The notes below the pieces were generated by a model. That model saw nothing but the letters and a program-made list of their open reading frames with translations. It was not told the DNA's origin and ran no database searches. Positions 8,458 to 16,031 of a DNA stretch of 64,000 nucleotides are shown here, piece by piece (position 1 is the stretch's first letter; every line of letters starts with the position of its first letter). The stretch covers positions 12,937 to 76,936 of the forward strand of contig JALHYA010000001.1 of the NCBI GenBank assembly GCA_022868165.1, written 5' to 3'. The translations under genes were made by a program, and so were the position numbers. The stretch comes from Patescibacteria group bacterium. GTDB taxonomy: Bacteria; Patescibacteriota; Microgenomatia; UBA8517.

Positions 8458-8805
8458 TTACTCCGACGCCAGTTTGTGTAAGAACCACGAGACCAGCGAA
8501 AGAGCAATCGAGGCAATAATTGCTGTCGTAAACGAGGCAATTTCAAAACCCGGGATTACCCGGCTTGTAAGCAAAAGAAGAAAAACGTTTATTAAAAATG
8601 CGCTGATTCCAAAGGTCAGAATTGAAACAGGAAGGGCAACCAGCTGCAAAATGGGCTTTATTAGAGTATTTACTACCCCGATGGCAACGGCCGCCACAAC
8701 CGCAGTCCAAATGCTTGCCAGGTGAAAGCCGGGAACGACGTATTCCACAACCAGAAGTGCGAAAGTGTTTATAGAGAGCTGCATTATGACTCTGATTAAG
8801 CGCAT
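8458..8805 (-). CDS. DUF360 / phage-holin-family-4-like membrane protein (paralog 1)
   Basis: 115 aa with 3-4 TM helices and VPGF...GF motifs. Paralogs at 26839-27279 and possibly 18691-19074. Confidence 0.5.
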   Translation of the reverse strand: MRLIRVIMQLSINTFALLVVEYVVPGFHLASIWTAVVAAVAIGVVNTLIKPILQLVALPVSILTFGISAFLINVFLLLLTSRVIPGFEIASFTTAIIASIALSLVSWFLHKLASE

Positions 8806-8817
8806 AGATTCATAATG

Positions 8818-9816
8818 TCAGAACCTCTTATAGAAATCAAGGTCGCTTAATATGGCCTGATTCCATAAAGGAAGCATATTGTGGTCGGAAGCGGGGTAGA
8901 GCTGGTAGTTCAAATCCAAGTTCAAGTTCAAGAGAGACTTGGCTAGATCGTCGCTCCATTTTACCGGAACGGATTGGTCGGCGGTCCCCTGGTCAAGCTC
9001 AATAGGAGCTTTTATCCGGTCCAAGTTGCCATGTATCGAGTAAAGATTCGGGTCGTAGAGCTCCTCAAAATTTGCGATTTCCGAGCGCAAGTACTTGCCC
9101 AAGTCCGGGCTGTCGTCAGTGTAATAAAGAATTGAATAGGGAAAGGGCTTTGAAACCGGCGCCCAAAGCACAGTGGGGATGTTTTTACCGGTTATCTCCA
9201 AGACAGTTAAGGCAATTTGGCCTCCGTTTGAATGGGCCCATATGAACGACCTTTTCTTGTCCCACTTTGAAACGGAGTCTAAGGATGCCATAACGCTCAT
9301 TACGGTTGTATATGTTTGAAATCTGGCCTCAAAAGTGCTGTTCGGCTCGGGGTCGGAATCTCCATAGCCCAAAAAGTCGGGCGCAACGGTAATATAGCCT
9401 TTTGAGGCAAAAACCTCGGCGCCGTGTTGGGTTCCCTCCCCTATCGTGTATTTTTCCTTGTCGACGTAGCCCCGAATCATAATAATTATCGGGAAGGGGC
9501 CTTCGCCTTTGGGCATATTTATCATCCCGCTTAGCTTTTTGGCAGGTTTGCCGGTTAATGTCGGGTCGAAATAATGAATGAACTCATAGGAGGTGAAGTT
9601 CGAAGTATCCTGGATAACCTTTCCGAGCTCGATCTTTCCTGCAGGGACATTGGCTTTGGACAAGTTTTCTATAGTGTATTTGTCCAGCGGTCTGGGTACG
9701 ATTTGGGCAATGGATTTTTTAAGTTTGGGTGAGGTAAAAAGAAGATTCAGACTCCAGCCCAGAGAAATAAAGAGAATTGCGCAAAGCGTATATAAAATGA
9801 CCTTTTTCATATTCAT
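8818..9816 (-). CDS. alpha/beta-hydrolase (S9/dienelactone-hydrolase-like) with signal anchor
   Basis: AHSNGG nucleophile elbow (GxSxG) and an N-terminal hydrophobic segment. Confidence 0.55.
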   Translation of the reverse strand: MNMKKVILYTLCAILFISLGWSLNLLFTSPKLKKSIAQIVPRPLDKYTIENLSKANVPAGKIELGKVIQDTSNFTSYEFIHYFDPTLTGKPAKKLSGMINMPKGEGPFPIIIMIRGYVDKEKYTIGEGTQHGAEVFASKGYITVAPDFLGYGDSDPEPNSTFEARFQTYTTVMSVMASLDSVSKWDKKRSFIWAHSNGGQIALTVLEITGKNIPTVLWAPVSKPFPYSILYYTDDSPDLGKYLRSEIANFEELYDPNLYSIHGNLDRIKAPIELDQGTADQSVPVKWSDDLAKSLLNLNLDLNYQLYPASDHNMLPLWNQAILSDLDFYKRF

Positions 9817-10103
9817 AGACCGTTTGTTTTCAACCTTTTTCTGTCCACTTTGTGCTTATGGATTTTTCTTCTTTTTGCGGCTTCGGGTCTTTTCCCTTCC
9901 GCATGGGATTTAGGTTTTCCTTTGTGCTTAGTCAGGTCTTCAAACATTTTAGCAGGGTCTATTTCTTCGCTTTTGTGCCTCCTTAGATACGAATCAACAG
10001 CTCTTTGTGCCCTGTCCTCATCGTTGGCGAAAAATCTTTTTAGATGTCTTGCGAAGTCGCTATGTCCGGGAATAAGTTCCGGTTCCCTCTCTACTGTTGC
10101 CAT
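9813..10103 (-). CDS. small basic hypothetical protein
   Basis: 96-aa Lys/Arg-rich ORF with host-like codon usage, divergent from the dinB operon. Confidence 0.4.
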   Translation of the reverse strand: MATVEREPELIPGHSDFARHLKRFFANDEDRAQRAVDSYLRRHKSEEIDPAKMFEDLTKHKGKPKSHAEGKRPEAAKRRKIHKHKVDRKRLKTNGL

Positions 10104-10156
10104 GCTGGAGGAATTTTAATACATTTTTCGGAAAAAAATAAGCACGGAATTTGTTC

Positions 10157-10185
10157 TTGACTTCGGGTTTTATTCGGATTATACC
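10157..10185 (+). promoter_or_regulatory. promoter of the ORF86-dinB operon with embedded TTCGGG-N5-TTCGG motif (candidate LexA box)
   Basis: TTGACT (10157-10162), spacer containing TTCGGGTTTTATTCGG (10162-10177), -10-like TTATAC (10179-10184). The ATG at 10195 implies a leaderless or very short leader. Confidence 0.5.
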
Positions 10186-10194
10186 AATATTATA

Positions 10195-10455
10195 ATGATA
10201 CAAAAGATTTCGGTACCGGTATCGGTTGAACTGGTTTTCGACCACAAAACCCGCAAGGTCTTTCCGAGAAGGGTTCTCTGGGAAGGCAAGCTCTACCCTA
10301 TCGTCAAGGTTGGCCTTCACCACACGTTTCGTGAGGGTCGCACATTATTTCATGTTTTCTCCGCTTCTTCGCAAACCTTGTTTTTTAGGCTGGTTCTCAA
10401 TACCGACAATTTGCAGTGGAGATTGGAGGAAATTTCCGATGGACTCCCCGACTGA
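10195..10455 (+). CDS. small protein (86 aa) encoded first in the dinB operon; function unknown
   Basis: The ATG lies about 10 nt after the -10 element, the same architecture as lexA. Host-like codon usage. dinB starts 30 nt after its stop. Confidence 0.45.
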   Translation: MIQKISVPVSVELVFDHKTRKVFPRRVLWEGKLYPIVKVGLHHTFREGRTLFHVFSASSQTLFFRLVLNTDNLQWRLEEISDGLPD

Positions 10456-10486
10456 TTTATCGTTCAACCCCAAGCCTTCAACCATT

Positions 10487-11701
10487 ATGCATATGGATTT
10501 GAATTCCTGCTTTGCGACCATCGAGCAGCAGGCAAATCCCCTGCTTCGCGGAAAACCCGTAGTCGTTGCGGCCTATACGACACCCTCGGGTTGTATTGTT
10601 GCCCCATCGGTCGAGGCCAAAAGATTGGGAATTAAGGTCGGAATGAGGGTGAAAGACGGAAGATTTCTCTGCCCGGATTTGATTGTTCTTCCCCCGGACC
10701 CCTGGAAATACAGAAATGTCCACCTGAGTTTAAGAAGAATAGTTTCCGAATATACTAGCAATTTTTCCCCAAAATCGATTGACGAGTTTGTGCTCAATAT
10801 GGAAGGCTACCCGGCCTATCGGAAAGGCATGCTTAAGCTCGCCAGAGAGATTAAGAGGCGGATTAAGGCCGAAGTCGGAGATTGGCTAACGGTTTCCGTG
10901 GGAGTTGCCCCAAACAGGTTCCTGGCCAAAACCGCGGCGGGCTTACACAAACCCGACGGACTCGACGAGATTAATAAAAATAACTATGCGGATGTGTATT
11001 CCAAGCTCTCTTTGACCGATTTATGCGGGATTAAAGAGCGAAATGCCATAAGACTGGGGAGTATGGGCATATATAGTGTTTTGGACTTCTATAACGCACC
11101 ACTTTGGAAGTTGAAGGCGGCTTTTAGCTCAATTTTGGGCTACTACTGGTATTTGCGGCTTCGAGGTTGGGAGATTGACGATGTGGAGTTTGCGAGGCGT
11201 TCTTACGGCAATTCCTTTGCCCTGCCCAAGCCTTTGCAAACGGTCGAGGAGCTCTCCCCTGTTCTTTCCAAACTTGTCGAGAAAATGGGGGCAAGACTGC
11301 GTCATGCGGGGTATAAGGCCAAAGGGGTGCATTTATCCGTAGTTTATCGGGATTGGAGCTTCTGGCATAAAGGTGCTATAACCTCGAAAGTTTTGTTCGA
11401 TTCGCGCGATATTTACAAGGAAGCTTTTAAACTCTTAGTGAGTTGTCCTTACAGAAAACCCGTGCGGCAGCTTGCGGTTTCTTGCTTCAATCTCCTCACG
11501 CGCCCTGAGTTGCAAATGGAACTTTTTGAGGATGTTGTCAAAAAAGAAAAAATTGTAGAGGCGGTGGACAAGGTTAACGAGCGCTGGGGGCACTTTATCA
11601 TAACGCCCGCGAGAATGCTGGGGACCGGCGGGGTTGTAATGGACAGAATTGCCTTTGGAGGCGTAAAAGAACTCGAAGAATTCACCCTAAATTCCGGATA
11701 A
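10487..11701 (+). CDS. dinB: DNA polymerase IV (Y-family, DinB)
   Basis: MHMDLNSCFATIEQ aligns with the DinB N-terminus (MDCFFAAVE), with Y-family motifs throughout. The track ORF begins at 10226, but the conserved N-terminus starts at Met88 (10487). Confidence 0.8.
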   Translation: MHMDLNSCFATIEQQANPLLRGKPVVVAAYTTPSGCIVAPSVEAKRLGIKVGMRVKDGRFLCPDLIVLPPDPWKYRNVHLSLRRIVSEYTSNFSPKSIDEFVLNMEGYPAYRKGMLKLAREIKRRIKAEVGDWLTVSVGVAPNRFLAKTAAGLHKPDGLDEINKNNYADVYSKLSLTDLCGIKERNAIRLGSMGIYSVLDFYNAPLWKLKAAFSSILGYYWYLRLRGWEIDDVEFARRSYGNSFALPKPLQTVEELSPVLSKLVEKMGARLRHAGYKAKGVHLSVVYRDWSFWHKGAITSKVLFDSRDIYKEAFKLLVSCPYRKPVRQLAVSCFNLLTRPELQMELFEDVVKKEKIVEAVDKVNERWGHFIITPARMLGTGGVVMDRIAFGGVKELEEFTLNSG

Positions 11702-12160
11702 GTCGACCGGCGTTCCCTCGACTACTCCGTTTTTGTCCGAAAAACCGGCATTTACTTCCAAAACATAATCAATCGGATCTTTCGGCAATATCAAAGAAAG
11801 TTGCGAGTCCGGCGCACCCTTTTTGGGAGGTTGAACATTTTTATTGATTTGAAAAACCTCGGAATTTTTTATCCAGATAATATCCAAGGGAATTAGCATA
11901 TCTTTCATCCAAAAAGCCGGCTTGACACCCTTTTGGGTAAATACAAAGAACATTCCGCCGTTTGCCTCAAGGCTTGTTCTTCCGGAAAGGCCTTTACGTC
12001 TTAGAGCCTCGGAATTTGCAACCTCGACGCTTATTTTGGTATTGCCTACGGAAACCGTTTTTGTCGTTCGTGCAGGAGAAACGCTAAGTTTTTGGCTCAT
12101 GAGTCCGACGGCTATGATAAATACTGCCGCTGCCGCCAGAAGAAGGAATATTTGCTTCAC
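11687..12160 (-). CDS. DUF192 (COG1430) secreted protein
   Basis: GLSGR...GMFF and FWMKDMLIPLDIIWI motifs with an N-terminal signal. Confidence 0.6.
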   Translation of the reverse strand: MKQIFLLLAAAAVFIIAVGLMSQKLSVSPARTTKTVSVGNTKISVEVANSEALRRKGLSGRTSLEANGGMFFVFTQKGVKPAFWMKDMLIPLDIIWIKNSEVFQINKNVQPPKKGAPDSQLSLILPKDPIDYVLEVNAGFSDKNGVVEGTPVDLSGI

Positions 12161-12357
12161 GGTTGTATGTCTTTACTTGTTTGGGTCTGCTCGCCCAAAA
12201 CGGCCTCACCCTTGAGACTAAGAGAAAATTTAAAGTTTTGGTATAAAACCAGGAACAATATAAGGAAAATACTAAAGGCTATTGCCGGGATAAACAGCAG
12301 GTAGATATTGTGGCTGCGCTTTAAACGATTTTCAAAAATGTGTACGAACTCTTCCAT
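12157..12357 (-). CDS. small hydrophobic protein (possible)
   Basis: 66-aa ORF with one TM helix. Its stop overlaps the start of the next gene. Confidence 0.25.
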   Translation of the reverse strand: MEEFVHIFENRLKRSHNIYLLFIPAIAFSIFLILFLVLYQNFKFSLSLKGEAVLGEQTQTSKDIQP

Positions 12358-12375
12358 AGCAGGACTATTATTAGT

Positions 12376-13140
12376 TTACACTTTAAGTTCAAGGCCATCA
12401 AAGGCGATTCCGAATTTGTCTCCGCCGTGTTCTTTCACAGAAGCTTCCAGCTTGCCATGTGTGTCTGTTTTATGGCCGATATTCGTAAAAAGAACCCTTT
12501 TCGCGTTAACATCCTTGCCAAATCTTAAGCCTTCCTCTATGGTTTCGTGGCCTTTTGCCTGACCATATGATGTTTTGGAAGAGCCGTCCAATATTGCCAC
12601 CTCTATGTCTCCCATCTCTTTTCGGGAAGAAGGGATAATTCTTCTAAATTCCGGTGCATAAACAATAGGCTTCGGGGCTTTGAGTTTTATTGCATAGGCT
12701 TCTTCGGAGCCGTGCTCAACGGGAATCAGCCAGGCATAGGAGTCTTTAGAAAGGCCTATTTTTTCAAAGGGTTTTGCCTCGAGAGTATCGAAAGCCCGCA
12801 TGGAAATTCCTACAAGCCGTCTGGCTTTGGATAAGACTCCGCTTGAGGAAATTAGGGTTATCTTTGGGCCGTTATAGGTATGGCTTAGGTCATAGAGCCC
12901 AAAAATGTGGTCATCGTGGGCATGGGTAAGGATAATATGAGTAATTTTGGTAGGGTCAACATTGTGGGTTTTAATTTCTGTATAAATATCAGGTGAAGCG
13001 TCGAGAAGAATGTTTCGATTTACAAGAAGAGACGGTCTAAGCCGGGTGTCTTTCGGGTCTTGGGAGCTGCAGATTTCGCACTTGCAGCCAAGCCTGGGAA
13101 GAGGCCATCCTGAAGAGGTACCTAAAAAGAGGATTTCCAT
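12376..13140 (-). CDS. MBL-fold metallo-hydrolase
   Basis: HAHDDH motif. Start taken at Met25 (MEILFLG), because the track's N-terminal 24 residues are the reverse translation of tRNA-Leu. Confidence 0.7.
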   Translation of the reverse strand: MEILFLGTSSGWPLPRLGCKCEICSSQDPKDTRLRPSLLVNRNILLDASPDIYTEIKTHNVDPTKITHIILTHAHDDHIFGLYDLSHTYNGPKITLISSSGVLSKARRLVGISMRAFDTLEAKPFEKIGLSKDSYAWLIPVEHGSEEAYAIKLKAPKPIVYAPEFRRIIPSSRKEMGDIEVAILDGSSKTSYGQAKGHETIEEGLRFGKDVNAKRVLFTNIGHKTDTHGKLEASVKEHGGDKFGIAFDGLELKV

Positions 13141-13143
13141 CGG

Positions 13144-13226
13144 TGCTCTCGAGAGGATTCGAACCTCTACAGGATTACTCCCACAGGATCCTAAATCCTG
13201 CGCGTCTACCATTCCGCCACGAGAGC
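13144..13226 (-). tRNA. tRNA-Leu (anticodon TAG), class II
   Basis: Acceptor GCTCTCG/CGAGAGC, D-arm TGGCGGAATGGTAGACGCG, anticodon loop TTTAGGA, long variable arm, T-arm GAGGTTCGAATCCTC. Confidence 0.8.
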
Positions 13227-13323
13227 TTGTAGGTATATTATACCTTTTTATCCCTCTAGGCTGAAAGAAAGTCCGGTAGAATCGATTTTCTTCATAAGCA
13301 GAGCTTGTGCGTCAGATAGGTTC

Positions 13324-13848
13324 TTAAATTGTATAAGCTAAAGGAAGAGAATCTATCTTCCGCATAAAATACTTAACCTTCCATGCCCATGTAGTGCTCG
13401 GAGGAGCGTAACGTCTGGCGATTTGGTCTATAGAAACGGCACCTTTATCCAAATAGTTTTGTCTAAGGGTTTTGGAAACAACCTCAATAGAGGCGTTCCA
13501 AGAAGGAAAGCTGTAGTCTCCGTTTACCCATCCGTACGCATTGTAAGAGTTATACGGAATCTGTTTTCCGAAAGTGGATTCTACACCTGTGATTGAGGCA
13601 ACAAGTCTCCAATCAAGACCGTTTTTGTCGGCCTCGGCTATAAACTTTCCGGCATATGGAGCCAAGGGAGAATTATATTTCTCCAAAAATGCCTTAAGTT
13701 GAGAAACCCTAAGGTCGCCTGTTTCGCCTACAACAGACGTTCTTAATTGAGCGGATTCGTCGGCCACGCGGGAATCGGCCGATATAACTCCGGCCGGTAA
13801 AAACGCCATAGCGGAGGCGATGAATAAAGCTAAGATTAAATTTTTCAT
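13324..13848 (-). CDS. secreted lysozyme-like / SLT-like protein (paralog 1)
   Basis: Signal peptide, ITGVESTFG (ES-x-F SLT-like catalytic motif), and a paralog at 14783-15406. Family assignment is tentative. Confidence 0.45.
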   Translation of the reverse strand: MKNLILALFIASAMAFLPAGVISADSRVADESAQLRTSVVGETGDLRVSQLKAFLEKYNSPLAPYAGKFIAEADKNGLDWRLVASITGVESTFGKQIPYNSYNAYGWVNGDYSFPSWNASIEVVSKTLRQNYLDKGAVSIDQIARRYAPPSTTWAWKVKYFMRKIDSLPLAYTI

Positions 13849-13854
13849 ATTTCT

Positions 13855-13884
13855 CCAAAAAAGAGGTCCCCTTACGGAGACCTC
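13855..13884 (-). terminator. intrinsic-terminator-like hairpin in the leader of the 13324-13848 gene
   Basis: On the minus strand: GAGGTCTCC-GTAA-GGGGACCTC followed by TTTTTTGG, then GGAG and the ATG 12 nt later. A TTGACA-17-TATAGT promoter lies upstream of the hairpin. Confidence 0.5.
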
Positions 13885-14014
13885 AAGTAAAATCCTAACG
13901 CTCGGTGTGCTTGCGCAACCTTGCCTCAGGACGTGCGAGAACTATAGCATAACACTATCGGTTTGTCAAGTCTTTGGAGTCAAAGCCAGAACAGTAGTTA
14001 TACGGGTATTCTGA

Positions 14015-14773
14015 CTAGCTTATCTTTTGTGCTAGAACAAAAATCGACGGGCCGAAGTTTATATAACTTAGGGGTTTTTGGAAAGCGCTTTCCAGAGAGA
14101 TAAGGAGTTCCATAGGTATATATTTCTTAAGAATCCGGTTACGGAAATTGGAAACGGAAAGCTTATCCAAGACCTTAAAACCCGTTTTCTCCAAAATAAG
14201 ACCGACATTCTTTGGGTGATGGTTTAAGAAAGAGATTGTGTGATTGCGAATAGATTTGGGGCTTCTTGCGTCTTTGGGAGAAAGTTCGGAAGAGTAGTTT
14301 ATGTTTCCATGTAGCAGCTCCTTAAAAATAGCCTTAAAATGGAGTTTGTTGGCGAATTCCAAAACAAAAAAACCTCCGGGCTTCAGTAAAGAATTTACGG
14401 CCCGAAAAGCCGATTCCAAAGAAAGCAAATGGTGTGCAACACGCACCATGAGAACCAAATCTGCCCTTCCCTTGGGCACTTTTTCGGAAAGAATCTCAAC
14501 CGACGCCTGTACGAATTCCAGGTTTTGGTAGTTGGTCAGGTTTTTCCGGGCAAGGCTTAGAAGTTTGGCCGAAGGCTCGGCTATAATAACCTTTTTGCCT
14601 CTAAAGGCATAAACGGGAGTAAGTCTCCCAAAACCCGCTCCTATATCTATAATTGTCCCTATTTTCGGGATTTTCTCAAGTATTTTCTTAAGGGCAACGA
14701 CTTCCGAATTGTGTTCGTAGTCGCGTCCTTCCCAGTAGGCAGAGTAATCGTAGGAATCGTATGCTGCTGCCAT
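14015..14773 (-). CDS. class I SAM-dependent methyltransferase
   Basis: IIDIGAGFGRLT motif I. Confidence 0.65.
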   Translation of the reverse strand: MAAAYDSYDYSAYWEGRDYEHNSEVVALKKILEKIPKIGTIIDIGAGFGRLTPVYAFRGKKVIIAEPSAKLLSLARKNLTNYQNLEFVQASVEILSEKVPKGRADLVLMVRVAHHLLSLESAFRAVNSLLKPGGFFVLEFANKLHFKAIFKELLHGNINYSSELSPKDARSPKSIRNHTISFLNHHPKNVGLILEKTGFKVLDKLSVSNFRNRILKKYIPMELLISLESAFQKPLSYINFGPSIFVLAQKIS

Positions 14774-14782
14774 TTTGTGGGT

Positions 14783-15406
14783 TTATTGCATTTCGGACAT
14801 GAAAGTATTTACGCCGTGTGCCCAGGAGCCGTTTGAGGAAGGAGTATATTTGGACATGATTTGGTCCGGAGTAGTAAGCCCCTCGTCTATGTAATTTTCC
14901 TTAAGACCCTGGGAGACTGTTTCAATTCCCTCTTCGTAGGATGAAAAGCCCAAATTTGATTCGCTGTGAATTCCCCAACCCCAGCAATTATGGGAGCCGG
15001 GAGGAATAATTCTGCAAAGATTGGATTCCTGTTGGGCGATGGCCGTAATGAGCCTGAAATCAAGAGAATATTTATCCGCAGTATCCACGATATGCATGGC
15101 GTAAAGAACGAGTGGTGAGCCGTAGGAAGCCAAATATTGGCTTATTATTTCGGGTCTGGCGTCGGCGGCTTTAGCATTGCCTGCAACGGTGGGGATTGTG
15201 TTGGGCAAAGAAGCATAAACCCGCACTCCGGGTTTAGGCTCCACTATAAGATTGACTGAAGTTGGGGCCATCTTGGCCTGTACGTCCTTATTTTTGGCCA
15301 AAGAAACCAACGAAAACAAACTTGTAAGTAGTGCTATAGGGGTTATCGTAAAGAAAAGACTTACAAGAATTAAGTTTTTCCAGAAAGAAAAGTTGTCTTC
15401 CGCCAT
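14783..15406 (-). CDS. secreted lysozyme-like / SLT-like protein (paralog 2)
   Basis: AIAQQESNLC...NCWGWG aligns with paralog 1. Start trimmed to Met62 (MAEDNFSFWKNLIL signal). Confidence 0.45.
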   Translation of the reverse strand: MAEDNFSFWKNLILVSLFFTITPIALLTSLFSLVSLAKNKDVQAKMAPTSVNLIVEPKPGVRVYASLPNTIPTVAGNAKAADARPEIISQYLASYGSPLVLYAMHIVDTADKYSLDFRLITAIAQQESNLCRIIPPGSHNCWGWGIHSESNLGFSSYEEGIETVSQGLKENYIDEGLTTPDQIMSKYTPSSNGSWAHGVNTFMSEMQ

Positions 15407-15473
15407 ATTTCGCCTTTTGTCAGGATGCCACAAAAAGGGGTCTATAGTCAAGTTTTTGAGGCTAAAAATGGCC

Positions 15474-15518
15474 ACAAAAAAAGAGGGCACACCCTTAACT
15501 CGCGTCAGGTATGTGCCC
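15474..15518 (-). terminator. rho-independent terminator (minus strand) after gene 15552-16031
   Basis: Reverse complement: GGGCACA ... TGTGCCC stem followed by TTTTTTTGTG. Confidence 0.55.
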
Positions 15519-15551
15519 CAGCACCTTGTCATCAGATTTTCCCCAGGTTTC

Positions 15552-16031
15552 TTAGGCCTTGGTGAACACCAACAGGAGGGCGAAGACAATGACGATCACG
15601 ATAACAATCACTCTCCTCCTCTTCATATACGGAGAGAGGGGAACCCGTGCAGGCCGTATCGCTTCCCGTTCCTCCACCGTTAGATGTTTGTACTCATCCC
15701 AACCGATCATCTGCCCGGACCTGTCCCTCCTGGGTTCCCACTGCATCATTAAAAACCAACCGATGAATTCGAGGGTGAAACCCAGAAGCCAGCCGATGGC
15801 CGGATGGCGTCCTTTGCCTTTGGCGACTTTTCCACCCAGCCAAGTCCAGGCGGCCAGGTATACCGCAAAACAGCTCGCCTCCGCCAGGCTCCGCCCCAAA
15901 CATAGCCCGTGGGTCTGCCAAACAGGACCGGCTTGGCTGCAGTCTGAGTGGGCACTCGCTGACATGATCCAGAACCAGCAGGCTGTTATGTACAGGATTG
16001 CCGGTGCTGCAAGAACCCATTTCTTCTTCAT
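15552..16031 (-). CDS. high-GC membrane/lipoprotein-like protein (island gene X)
   Basis: RBS AGGAGGG 5 nt upstream of the ATG. N-terminal signal with ITAC lipobox-like segment, C-terminal IVIVIVIV TM helix. Coding GC is markedly higher than the surroundings. Confidence 0.55.
   Translation of the reverse strand: MKKKWVLAAPAILYITACWFWIMSASAHSDCSQAGPVWQTHGLCLGRSLAEASCFAVYLAAWTWLGGKVAKGKGRHPAIGWLLGFTLEFIGWFLMMQWEPRRDRSGQMIGWDEYKHLTVEEREAIRPARVPLSPYMKRRRVIVIVIVIVFALLLVFTKA

Noticed and set aside
10226-10486. 88-residue N-terminal extension of DinB in the track ORF
   Set aside because: Low-complexity, non-conserved sequence. The DinB homology begins at MHMDLN. A better-supported separate ORF (10195-10455) occupies the region.
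15590-15615. Imperfect hexanucleotide run encoding IVIVIVIV in gene X as a phase-variation microsatellite
   Set aside because: The repeat is imperfect (ATCACG/ATAACA variants) and in-frame. It most likely just encodes a hydrophobic helix.
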